Part shown: positions 27,601-36,115 of the stretch, in pieces | Layout: the number at the start of each line of letters is the position of its first letter | Numbering within the stretch: position 1 is the stretch's first letter | Source of the DNA: Chloroflexia bacterium | GTDB lineage: Bacteria > Chloroflexota > Chloroflexia > DTKN01 | Assembly (NCBI GenBank): GCA_036172265.1 | Contig: JASFBA010000017.1 | Location: 8,431 to 72,430, forward strand | DNA length: 64,000 bases | Reading direction: 5' to 3' | Program-made: the position numbers and the translations under genes | Notes under the pieces: generated by a model | The model's input: only the letters and a program-made list of their open reading frames with translations | Told to the model about the DNA's origin: nothing | Database searches by the model: none

Positions 27601-29199
27601 ATGAAACTGGTCACGGCTGAGGAGATGCGTCGGGCCGAGCAGGCGGCGGTGGAGGCGGGGGACAGTTGGGAGGGCCTGATGGAGCGAGCGGGCCAGGCCG
27701 TAGCCCGGGAGGTACTGGCCCGGGTGAAAAAGGGGGGGCGACGGATCTTGCTCCTGGTGGGGCCGGGGAACAACGGAGGGGATGCTCTGGTGGCCGGCCG
27801 GCATCTTGTGGGGGCCGGACACAAGGTTATAGCCTACCTTTGGAATCGAGGGGGAGCGGCCGACCGTCTGCTAGAGGTGCTGGAGGAAAGCGGCGGCGAA
27901 ATCGTCCGAGCGGATGCCGACACAGGGCTGGAGGTATTGCGGCGGGAAGTGGGAAAGGCTGATGTGGTTGTGGATGGTTTGCTGGGCATGGGATTGACCC
28001 GGCCGATTGAGGGCCTGTTGCGGGACATTGTGGAGGAGGTGAATCGGATTTCTGGCCCGCTGGTTGTGGCGGTGGACCTGCCCACCGGAGTTCATGCTGA
28101 CACAGGGCAGATTATGGGAGTGGCGATTCGGGCGGCGGTTACGGTGACGATGGGTTGGGCGAAGCGAGGATTGTACCAATTTCCTGGAGCGGGGTATGTG
28201 GGGGAAGTGGTTATGGCCGAGGTCGGGATTCCGGAAGAGCATCTCCGGGATGTTCAGGTAGAACTCCTGGATGTGGAGCGATTGCGGCCGGCCCTGCCGT
28301 TACGTCGTCGGGATGCGCACAAGGGGACGTTTGGTCGGGTGATGGTGGTGGCTGGTTCGCTCCATTACACGGGAGCGCCGTATTTGGCGGCGATGGCGGC
28401 TTATCGGGTGGGGGCAGGGCTGGTAACGCTGGCACCGCCGCGCACGATCTATCCGATTCTAGCGGCGCGGGCGCTGGAGACCACTTTCTTGCCGCTTCCG
28501 GAGGGAGAAGTTGGGGCCATCGGTGAGGGGGCGATCAAAGTGTTGGGCGAGGCCATTGGGCGTTATCAGGTGCTGGTCCTGGGATGCGGGTTAGGACAAG
28601 AGGAGGGGACGGTGGCCTTTGTGCGGAGGTTGCTGCGGGTGCGGGAGCGGATTCAGTCGGGAATCGGCTTCCTTCCGCGGTTGGAGGTAGAGGAATTTGA
28701 GGGGGAGTTGCCGCTCATGGTTCTGGATGCCGATGGGTTGAACGCGTTGGCTGGTGTGCCGGAGTGGTGGAAAAACCTTCCGCCGGGTCGAGTGGTGCTG
28801 ACGCCACATCCGGGGGAAATGGCGCGGCTACTGGGGGCCTCGCAGGAGGAAGTACTGGCCTCGCGGATCGCCGTAGCCCAGCGGGCGGCGACGACGTGGA
28901 AGCAGGTGGTAGTTTTCAAGGGGGCGAACACGGTGATAGCGCATCCAGAAGGTCGAGTGGTGGTGAATCCGGTGGCCTGTCCGGCGCTGGCGACTGCGGG
29001 GACGGGAGATGTGTTGGCCGGGGCGATTGGCGGCTTCCTGGCCCAAGGGGTAGCGCCCTTTGAAGCGGCGTTGTTGGGGGTGTATCTCCACAGTTTAGCG
29101 GGGAAGATTGTGGAGGAAGAAGTCGGACCGGCGGGAGGTGTGGCTAGCCAGGTTCTGGAGGCCCTGCCTCGGGCTCTCCAGCGTTTAGCCGGAGGGTAG
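27601..29199 (+). CDS. nnr: bifunctional NAD(P)H-hydrate repair enzyme Nnr (epimerase + ADP-dependent dehydratase)
   Basis: N-terminal YjeF_N (LLVGPGNNGGDALV) and C-terminal carbohydrate-kinase part (HKGTFGRVMVVAGS..GTGDVLAG). GGAGGAG SD. Confidence 0.88.
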   Translation: MKLVTAEEMRRAEQAAVEAGDSWEGLMERAGQAVAREVLARVKKGGRRILLLVGPGNNGGDALVAGRHLVGAGHKVIAYLWNRGGAADRLLEVLEESGGEIVRADADTGLEVLRREVGKADVVVDGLLGMGLTRPIEGLLRDIVEEVNRISGPLVVAVDLPTGVHADTGQIMGVAIRAAVTVTMGWAKRGLYQFPGAGYVGEVVMAEVGIPEEHLRDVQVELLDVERLRPALPLRRRDAHKGTFGRVMVVAGSLHYTGAPYLAAMAAYRVGAGLVTLAPPRTIYPILAARALETTFLPLPEGEVGAIGEGAIKVLGEAIGRYQVLVLGCGLGQEEGTVAFVRRLLRVRERIQSGIGFLPRLEVEEFEGELPLMVLDADGLNALAGVPEWWKNLPPGRVVLTPHPGEMARLLGASQEEVLASRIAVAQRAATTWKQVVVFKGANTVIAHPEGRVVVNPVACPALATAGTGDVLAGAIGGFLAQGVAPFEAALLGVYLHSLAGKIVEEEVGPAGGVASQVLEALPRALQRLAGG

Positions 29200-29233
29200 C
29201 CAGGAGAAAAGACGCAAGCCGTTCCCCACCTTG

Positions 29234-29312
29234 ATTTCCTAAGAGCATTTTCATGCTCTTCTAGGATTTCTAAAATAAATTTAGCATGGAGAGCAAAATG
29301 CTCTTAGGAAAT
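29234..29312. promoter_or_regulatory. AT-rich element with 18-bp perfect inverted repeat upstream of pdp
   Basis: ATTTCCTAAGAGCATTTT (29234-29251) and AAAATGCTCTTAGGAAAT (29295-29312). Nested hairpins AAGAGCAT-TTTC-ATGCTCTT and AGAGCA-AAA-TGCTCT. Possible TTTTCA-N17-TAAAAT promoter inside. Confidence 0.6.
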
Positions 29313-29363
29313 ATCCGCCCTGATAGGTGGACAGAGTGGCCTGGAAAACTTGAGGAGATGCCA

Positions 29364-30677
29364 ATGCCCGAAACCTTTTCCATCGTCGATCTGATCCTGA
29401 AGAAAAAGGCCGGCTTGCTCCTCTCGGCCGAGGAAATCGATACCATCGTCCAGGGCTATACTCGGGGACATATCCCCGATTATCAGATGGCCGCCTGGCT
29501 CATGGCCGTCTGCTGGCGCGGCATGGATGAAAGGGAAACCGCCGATCTGACCCTCGCCATGGCCCGCTCCGGCGAGACCTTGGACTTTCACGACCTTGCC
29601 CCCATTATCGTGGATAAACACAGCACCGGCGGCGTCGGCGACAAGACCAGCCTGGTCCTCACTCCCCTGGTCGCTTCTTGCGGCCTCACCGTGGCCAAAA
29701 TGAGCGGTCGCGGCCTGGGCTTTTCCGGAGGCACGATGGATAAACTCGAGTCCATCCCCGGCTTCCGCGCCGAACTTTCTCCGGCCGAGTTCCGCGAAGC
29801 CGTCCGCCGCGTGGGACTGGCCATCACCGGCCAGTCAGCCAACCTCGTCCCAGCCGATAAGAAAATCTATGCCCTGCGCGACGTAACCGGCACCGTAGAT
29901 AGCCTCCCTTTGATCGCCAGCAGCATTATGAGCAAGAAACTTGCGGCCGGAAGCGATTGTATCGTCCTCGACGTCAAGGTCGGCCAGGGCGCTTTCATGC
30001 CCACCTTGGAAAAAGCCCGGACCCTGGCTCAGATGATGCTCCAGATCGGCCGGCGCGCCGGCCGAAAGGTCCGCGCCGTCCTCTCCAACATGGACCAACC
30101 CCTGGGTCGGGCTGTCGGAAACGCCCTCGAACTCCGAGAAGCCATCCAAACCCTCCAGGGCCAGGGGCCGGCCGACCTCCTTGAACTCTGCCTGACTCTG
30201 GGAAGCCTTCTCCTGGAAATGGCCGGAAAAGCCCAAACCTCCGAGGAAGCCCGTCAAATCCTCCTGGAACGTCTGGAGAGCGGCGCCGCTTGGGAAAAGT
30301 TCTGCGCCTTTATCGCCGGACAGGGCGGCGACGTCGAGTACATCCGCCACCCCGAACGCCTTCCCCAAGCCCGTCTGATCGAACCTCTCCTTTCTCCTCA
30401 AGATGGCTACGTGGCCGAAGTGGATGCCCGCCAGGTGGCCGAGGCCTGCCTAGTGCTGGGAGCCGGCCGGATGGTCAAAGATGCCCCGATTGACCACGCC
30501 GTAGGCGTGGTCCTCCAGGCAAAAATCGGGGAAACGGTACAAAAGGGACAACCGGTAGCCATGATTCACGCCAACGACCCGGAGCGCTTGAAACAGGCCC
30601 GTGAGATTCTGGCCCAGGGTTTTCGTTTCAGCCCCTACCCTGTCTCCTCGCCGCCTGTAATTCTGGAAATCCTCTGA
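29364..30677 (+). CDS. pdp: pyrimidine-nucleoside (thymidine) phosphorylase
   Basis: ..IVDLILKKKAG..HIPDYQMAAWLMAV..DKHSTGGVGDKTSLVL..KMSGRGLGFSGGTMDKLES. Confidence 0.9.
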   Translation: MPETFSIVDLILKKKAGLLLSAEEIDTIVQGYTRGHIPDYQMAAWLMAVCWRGMDERETADLTLAMARSGETLDFHDLAPIIVDKHSTGGVGDKTSLVLTPLVASCGLTVAKMSGRGLGFSGGTMDKLESIPGFRAELSPAEFREAVRRVGLAITGQSANLVPADKKIYALRDVTGTVDSLPLIASSIMSKKLAAGSDCIVLDVKVGQGAFMPTLEKARTLAQMMLQIGRRAGRKVRAVLSNMDQPLGRAVGNALELREAIQTLQGQGPADLLELCLTLGSLLLEMAGKAQTSEEARQILLERLESGAAWEKFCAFIAGQGGDVEYIRHPERLPQARLIEPLLSPQDGYVAEVDARQVAEACLVLGAGRMVKDAPIDHAVGVVLQAKIGETVQKGQPVAMIHANDPERLKQAREILAQGFRFSPYPVSSPPVILEIL

Positions 30678-30887
30678 ACAGCAAGGAGGAGCAAGATGGA
30701 ATCCGCGTTGCCTCTGGGCTGCATACTGGACAAATCTTCGACAACGCTGCGCCTCACGTCTGACCCGAAAGAGAGGACCCGCTGCCGGCTTCGCCGCCGT
30801 CTTTGGCCTGCCGTACCCGCTGGTTACCCTGTTTGTGCCCTAAAGTGGCATTATGGTGGGGATCTATTGACCGGCAGGAGGAGGCCC

Positions 30888-31025
30888 ATGATGAAACGGA
30901 TAGCGATCTTGCTGGCTCTGGCCGTCGTGCTTCTGCTGGCCGGCCGCGTCCTGGCGATGTCCTCGGCTAACTACCGGCTGGACTGGTTCGTCCCGCTCAC
31001 CGGTCTGGTGCTGCGGAACTTCTAG
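30888..31025 (+). CDS. small signal-peptide ORF (45 aa), possibly a truncated gene
   Basis: MMKRIAILLALAVVLLLAGRVLAMSSANYRLDWFVPLTGLVLRNF behind a strong AGGAGGAGG SD. The stop abuts the 31026 palindrome. Confidence 0.4.
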   Translation: MMKRIAILLALAVVLLLAGRVLAMSSANYRLDWFVPLTGLVLRNF

Positions 31026-31092
31026 CCCTCACTCCACTCCCCCTTATCCCCCTCTCCGCTGCGGAGAGGGGGGAGGGGACAGGGGGTGAGGG
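31026..31092. repeat. long imperfect C-rich/G-rich palindrome (REP-like)
   Basis: CCCTCAC..TCCCCCTCTCCG CTG CGGAGAGGGGGGA..GGGGACAGGGGGTGAGGG, with an 11-12 bp central stem. Confidence 0.6.
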
Positions 31093-31108
31093 CCAGGGGG
31101 CCTCTCCT

Positions 31109-32854
31109 ATGCAAACCCAGCGCCTTCTTGCCATTTTGTTTCTCCCCCTTTCCCTGACCCTTGCCTGCGCCCTGCCGGCCACGCTTCCCCCGGCCGCCCC
31201 TGCCACCGGCCAAGCGTCCCCACCGACCCAGGTCCCCACCTTTTCCCCGGACGGGGTCACTCCTGCCGCTGGTACCACCTACTACGTCCGTCCTGACGGC
31301 GGGAGCGCCGAGCAGTGCACCGGCCTCGTGGACGCCCCTTACCCCGGCAGCGGCACCGGCCAGCCCTGTGCCTGGGACCACCCCTTCCGCGCCCTCCAGC
31401 CCAGCGGCGAATACGGGCAGCCAGGCATTGTACACATCTCCGGAGGCGATACCCTCCTCATCGCCCCCGGCAGTTACCGCATCGGCTACGGCGCGCCCGG
31501 TGCCGAGAATTGCCAACCCTCCTACCCCTGGGACTGCGTCATGCCGCCCATTCCCGGCGGCCCCGACGCCGCCCACCCCACCCGTATCCTGGGTAAGGGG
31601 TGGGAATCTGGCTGCCCTAACCCACCGGAACTATGGGGCACCGAGCACGTGAACTATATCCTCGCCATCACCGGCACCCAAAACGTCGAAATCGCCTGCC
31701 TGGAGGTCACCGACCATGCTACCTGCGCCGATTCCCACACCGGAGGCCTGGCCTGCAACGTCGCCTTCCCCTACGGCGACTGGGCAATGAACGGCCTCTA
31801 CGCCGTGGACGCGGCCAACGTCACCCTGCGCGACCTGGACATCCACGGCCTGGCCCGTACGGGGGTGTGGGCCGGGAGGCTCTCGAACTGGACGGTAGAA
31901 CGGGTGCACATCGCTGGCAACGGCTGGGTCGGCTGGGACGGCGACGTGGAGGGAGACGACTCCAACTCCGGCACCCTCACCTTCCGTCGATGGACGGTGG
32001 AGTGGAACGGCTGTGTGGAAACGTATCCTGGCGGCGAGCCATCGGGTTGCTGGGCACAGACGGCCGGCGGCTACGGCGACGGCGTGGGCACCGGCGAGAC
32101 CGGCGGACACTGGGTAATCGAGGACTCGGCCTTCCTGCACAATACCTCCGACGGCCTGGACCTCCTCTACACCCGTATCCCCGGTTCACTCATTGAAATC
32201 CGCCGCACCCTGGCCAAGGACAATGCCGGCAACCAACTGAAGACCAACGGCCCCACCGTCATCGAAAACTCGATCATCGTCGGCAACTGCAGTTACTTCG
32301 AAGGCAAGCCGTTCACCTACCACGTAGACAACTGCCGGGCCGCCGGGAACGCCCTCGCGCTCGCCTTGCAACCGGGCAATTCGGTCGCCGTGACCAACAA
32401 CACGCTCACCAGCGAGGGCGACTGCCTGGTAGAGGTCGTCTGCGAGGGGGATTGCACGGGTGCCGAGTCGGTCCGCATGCGCAACAACATCTTCCTGGGG
32501 CAGACGGACTTTCTCCAACCCTTTGAGCAGACCTGCTTCGTCTACTGGGAAAATTTCCCCGTCGACCCGGTGGACACGGACTATGCCATCCTCTACAACG
32601 TCAAGGAGAACCCCTGTCCGGTCGGCGGCCACGACATCTGCCAGGCGCCGGGGCTGGCAAACGAGACGCTGGCAACCTTTGACGCCCACCTGCGGGAGGA
32701 TAGCCCGGCCATCAATGCCGGCTCCGCCGCCGATGCGCCGGCCGACGATTTCGACGGCCGGCCCCGTGATGCCCGGCCGGACATCGGGGCCTATGAGTTC
32801 TGGCAGGCAAGTTCGTGGGTTTACCTACCCCTGGTCATCAAGCAGGGCATGTAA
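31109..32854 (+). CDS. secreted lipoprotein with right-handed parallel beta-helix repeats
   Basis: Signal peptide with lipobox LTLAC, a Pro-rich linker, repetitive N/D/G-rich beta-helix-like segments, and a C-terminal ..DFDGRPRDARPDIGAYEF motif. Confidence 0.65.
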   Translation: MQTQRLLAILFLPLSLTLACALPATLPPAAPATGQASPPTQVPTFSPDGVTPAAGTTYYVRPDGGSAEQCTGLVDAPYPGSGTGQPCAWDHPFRALQPSGEYGQPGIVHISGGDTLLIAPGSYRIGYGAPGAENCQPSYPWDCVMPPIPGGPDAAHPTRILGKGWESGCPNPPELWGTEHVNYILAITGTQNVEIACLEVTDHATCADSHTGGLACNVAFPYGDWAMNGLYAVDAANVTLRDLDIHGLARTGVWAGRLSNWTVERVHIAGNGWVGWDGDVEGDDSNSGTLTFRRWTVEWNGCVETYPGGEPSGCWAQTAGGYGDGVGTGETGGHWVIEDSAFLHNTSDGLDLLYTRIPGSLIEIRRTLAKDNAGNQLKTNGPTVIENSIIVGNCSYFEGKPFTYHVDNCRAAGNALALALQPGNSVAVTNNTLTSEGDCLVEVVCEGDCTGAESVRMRNNIFLGQTDFLQPFEQTCFVYWENFPVDPVDTDYAILYNVKENPCPVGGHDICQAPGLANETLATFDAHLREDSPAINAGSAADAPADDFDGRPRDARPDIGAYEFWQASSWVYLPLVIKQGM

Positions 32855-32974
32855 TTAGGGATTCCAGGTGTCCTTGAACTCCAGCCAGTCGTAATGGGCA
32901 CTGCCCGGCGGATCAGGATACGCAGTGGCCAGCACGCTTCGCACAGTACAATCCCCCGCCAAGTAGAAGGCCGC

Positions 32975-34429
32975 TCAGTACTCCGGGTTGAGGAGCGGCC
33001 GGCCCAGTTTCCCGCTATAGGCACTGCCCCAGTAGGCCCCCAGGTCCGTCCCCTCCACAGTAATCTGGGCATACCGGATCCCCTGGGGCGCATCGGGCGT
33101 CAGGTCGGTCATGGCCAAAACGAGCGCCTTGACCGCCAGATCCGGGTTGGCAGCGTTCAGGAAGGCGCTGTTCAGGTCCACATACATCGTATCCCCGCCG
33201 CGGTAGATATTGCGAATCTGGGTATCGGCCGGGAAAGGAGAAAGTGCCAGCCCCTGCAACGCCGCGCTCGGTCCTTTGACCATCTCCTCGATGGTGGCCC
33301 GCCCGGTGCCCAGCGTAAAGGGCACCCGGCGAACGATGGGGAAGAGGTGCTGGCCGTCGGGAGTGAGGAAATAGAGGGTCAGGGCGACCGAGTCCTCGGG
33401 CTCCAGGTTATAGGGGTTCTCGAAATTGACATAACGTGGTCGGCCCACCGGCTCCGTGTTGCCGCTGCCGGGCAAGCCCACCGGCTCCCCGTTTACCAAG
33501 AACTGCACCCGCTGGACGCTGTAACGGAACTCGGTGAGGGCCAGCACCACCGCCATCGCCTCGGTCGAACCGGCTCCCAACTCCTCGAAGCGATGGTCAA
33601 AATCCACGTAGCAGGTGACCTCTCGAAGGTAGATATTGACCAGCCCCATCCCCTCGGGGATGGAACGCAGGAGGTTGCTCCCCGGCCGGGGACCGGCGAT
33701 CATCTCCTCGATAGCCCGCCGGGCCACCTCCACCGTGGGAAGTCCTCGGCGGATGACCGGGACGTAGTAGGCCTTCTGAGGGCCCAGGAAATAGAGCACG
33801 GACCAGGTTTCCGAGGGGGTCGGGCTCGGCGGCACCGGCGTGGGGATGACGACCACCGGCGTAGCCGTGGGAGGCGGGGGCGTCTCCGTCGGCGGGACGG
33901 GCGTTCTCGTCGGGAACGGGGTCAGGGTAGGCCGGGGCGAAGGCGTGGCCGTCGGCCTGGGTGTGGAGGTGGGAATGGGGGTCGGTACGACGGCCGGCGG
34001 CGTGGCGGTGGCGACGGCTGTGGGGGGAAGCGGCGTGGCGGTAGGAGCAGGGCCGGCCCCGCCCAAACGTCCCTGCACGACCAGCACGATGATGCCATAC
34101 GTGGCCAGGATGACCACGAGCAGGCCGAGCAGAACCAGGTAAAGGATGCGGTCCCGCCGGCTCAGTTGACCCCAGAAGGCCGCCAGGCGTGAAGGTGGAC
34201 GGGGGCCGGCCCGCGAGGGAACCGGGGCAGCCGCTGGCGGCGCCTCCTGGCCAGCGAAGCGGGGACACTCCATATACCGCTCGCCCAAGCAGTAGGTCCG
34301 CTGGTCCACATGGATGGGCAAAGGTTCGCCGAAGATATAGCAACGGTGCTCCGGGGTAGGACTGGAAAAACGGATCGAACGCGTGTGCTTCAACCCGAGG
34401 TGTGGGCAATGCCGTGAACGGCTCTCCAT
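32975..34429 (-). CDS. membrane-anchored protein with two GerMN-like domains and an N-terminal Cys/His-rich cytoplasmic segment
   Basis: CPHLGL..HRCY..C..CPRF, one TM, a PT-rich linker, then two similar domains of about 140 aa (..YFL..P..R.....A..A.EEM..GP..). Confidence 0.65.
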   Translation of the reverse strand: MESRSRHCPHLGLKHTRSIRFSSPTPEHRCYIFGEPLPIHVDQRTYCLGERYMECPRFAGQEAPPAAAPVPSRAGPRPPSRLAAFWGQLSRRDRILYLVLLGLLVVILATYGIIVLVVQGRLGGAGPAPTATPLPPTAVATATPPAVVPTPIPTSTPRPTATPSPRPTLTPFPTRTPVPPTETPPPPTATPVVVIPTPVPPSPTPSETWSVLYFLGPQKAYYVPVIRRGLPTVEVARRAIEEMIAGPRPGSNLLRSIPEGMGLVNIYLREVTCYVDFDHRFEELGAGSTEAMAVVLALTEFRYSVQRVQFLVNGEPVGLPGSGNTEPVGRPRYVNFENPYNLEPEDSVALTLYFLTPDGQHLFPIVRRVPFTLGTGRATIEEMVKGPSAALQGLALSPFPADTQIRNIYRGGDTMYVDLNSAFLNAANPDLAVKALVLAMTDLTPDAPQGIRYAQITVEGTDLGAYWGSAYSGKLGRPLLNPEY

Positions 34430-34467
34430 GGCGTCCTCCTTAGGTCTTGTGGAGACGTTTGAATTGT

Positions 34468-34497
34468 ATTATACGATAGGACAAAGAGGGTTGTCAA
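34468..34497 (-). promoter_or_regulatory. candidate promoter of the GerMN gene
   Basis: Minus strand TTGACA-N18-TATAAT. Confidence 0.5.
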
Positions 34498-34602
34498 AAA
34501 AGCAAGCAGGGCAACGTCTCGCCCCCGCGACCGCGGAAGGGCGACCTCGATTTGGGGACTTGCCCTGCGGAAACGCCCCCAAACCCCCCGGCACACAAGA
34601 AA

Positions 34603-34631
34603 ATTGACCGGGGGAGAGGGCTATGGTAAAA
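34603..34631 (+). promoter_or_regulatory. candidate promoter of tpiA
   Basis: TTGACC-N17-TAAAAT with a TGg extension; leaves a leader of about 140 nt. Confidence 0.5.
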
Positions 34632-34773
34632 TATCAATAAAAGGTTGCTGGAATCCGTGGAAAGAAGGCGGCCGAAGCGTGGCAGGTGCTGCTGGTACGG
34701 AACGGCCAGGTCCTATACTGGGAGCAGGCTTTGCAAGTAGCCTTGTCTGCGGCCAAGATAGAGTGAGACCCTT

Positions 34774-35562
34774 ATGATGTCCTCCCGCATCCCAATCATT
34801 GCCGGTAACTGGAAATGCCACAAGACGGTGGAAGAGGCCAGGGCGCTGGCTGAAGGGGTGATCCGGGGGATCGAAGGAATTGATAGGGTGGAGGTGGTGC
34901 TCTGTCCTCCCTCGGTTGCCCTGACCACGGTGCACAAGTGTCTGGAGGGACACCCCCTTCGCCTGGGTGCACAGAACCTCTACCCGACCGAGGGGGCCTA
35001 TACCGGGGAGGTGGCGGCACGGATGCTGGCCGGTCTGTGTGGCTACGTCATCCTGGGGCACTCGGAACGGCGGCACATCTTTGGAGAAAACGATGCCTTG
35101 ATCCATGCCAAAGTGGAGGCGGCGCTGGCCCACGGTTTGGCCCCTATCCTCTGTGTGGGAGAAACACTGGAGGAAAACGAACGCGGCCGCACCGAAGAGG
35201 TCGTTTCCCGACAGGTGCGGGCAGCCCTGGAGGGAGTAGACGGCCGGCGCTTTGTGGAACTCGGTGGGGTTATCGCCTACGAGCCGGTGTGGGCTATCGG
35301 CACCGGCCGGCCTTGCTACGGCCCTACAGCCAACGCCATCATCGGGATGATTCGCCGCCTGCTCGGCGAGATGTACGGTACCGAGGCGGCAACCGCCATC
35401 CGCATCCAGTACGGAGGAAGCGTCAACGCCGCCAACATCGCCGAGTTTATGGAGCAGCCGGAAATCGACGGTGCCCTAGTCGGCGGGGCCAGCCTGAAGG
35501 TGGAGGAGTTTGTTTCCATCGTGCGTCAAACGGCCGGGCTACGAGGCCTTTCCCGGGAATAG
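34774..35562 (+). CDS. tpiA: triosephosphate isomerase
   Basis: IIAGNWKCHKT.., ..VILGHSERR.., ..ILCVGE.., ..IAYEPVWAIGTG.., ..YGGSV. Confidence 0.92.
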   Translation: MMSSRIPIIAGNWKCHKTVEEARALAEGVIRGIEGIDRVEVVLCPPSVALTTVHKCLEGHPLRLGAQNLYPTEGAYTGEVAARMLAGLCGYVILGHSERRHIFGENDALIHAKVEAALAHGLAPILCVGETLEENERGRTEEVVSRQVRAALEGVDGRRFVELGGVIAYEPVWAIGTGRPCYGPTANAIIGMIRRLLGEMYGTEAATAIRIQYGGSVNAANIAEFMEQPEIDGALVGGASLKVEEFVSIVRQTAGLRGLSRE

Positions 35563-35586
35563 TCCCTGGTAATTTTCTCCAGCATC

Positions 35587-35625
35587 GGGGGCTGACCCTC
35601 TAGTTGGGTCATACCCCCGACTTTT
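35587..35625. terminator. hairpin between convergent tpiA and the HIT gene (bidirectional terminator candidate)
   Basis: GGGGGCTGACCC-N7-GGGTCATACCCCC followed by GACTTTTCC; overlaps the HIT stop codon. Confidence 0.5.
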
Positions 35626-36115
35626 CCTCAGAGCGTATTTCGTCAAAAGCCTTCTTCAGCCGGGCGTAGGTCTCGGACAAGAGTTCGGGGATGAGTTTTG
35701 TTCCGGCGATCAGCGGCATAAAGTTGGTGTCTCCCCTCCAGCGCGGCACAATGTGCAGATGCAGGTGATCGGCGATGCCGGCCCCGGCAACCCGGCCCAA
35801 ATTCATGCCGATGTTGAAGCCGTGCGGGGCGAGGGCCCGGCGCAGAGCCCGAAGACACCTCTGGGTCAACGTCATCAGTTCGGCGGCAGTTTCTGCATCC
35901 AGGGCTGCCAGGTCGGCTACATGGGTATAGGGGGCTACCATTAGGTGGCCGGTGTTGTAGGGATAGAGGTTGAGAAGAGCGTAGCATCGTTCCCCGCGAT
36001 AGACCAGGAGGTTCTTCTCATCATCCGTTTCGGCCGGCACCCGGCAGAGGACGCAGCCCTTTTCCCTCTCGCCGGCCACATAGGCCATGCGCCAAGGGGT
36101 CCACTTCAGTTTCAT
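35609..36115 (-). CDS. HIT-family nucleotide hydrolase/transferase (Ap4A phosphorylase / GalT-like branch)
   Basis: ..CVLCR..LLVYRGERCYALLNLYPYNTGHLMVAP..HLHLHIVPRW (HxHxH-type histidine triad). Confidence 0.8.
   Translation of the reverse strand: MKLKWTPWRMAYVAGEREKGCVLCRVPAETDDEKNLLVYRGERCYALLNLYPYNTGHLMVAPYTHVADLAALDAETAAELMTLTQRCLRALRRALAPHGFNIGMNLGRVAGAGIADHLHLHIVPRWRGDTNFMPLIAGTKLIPELLSETYARLKKAFDEIRSEEKSGV

Noticed and set aside
33840-34030. Repetitive CCN / ACN-rich DNA here and at about 47690-47790 and 50740-50850; considered as tandem repeats or arrays.
   Set aside because: All lie inside ORFs and encode Pro/Thr-rich linkers between a TM anchor and extracytoplasmic domains. There is no fixed repeat / spacer periodicity.
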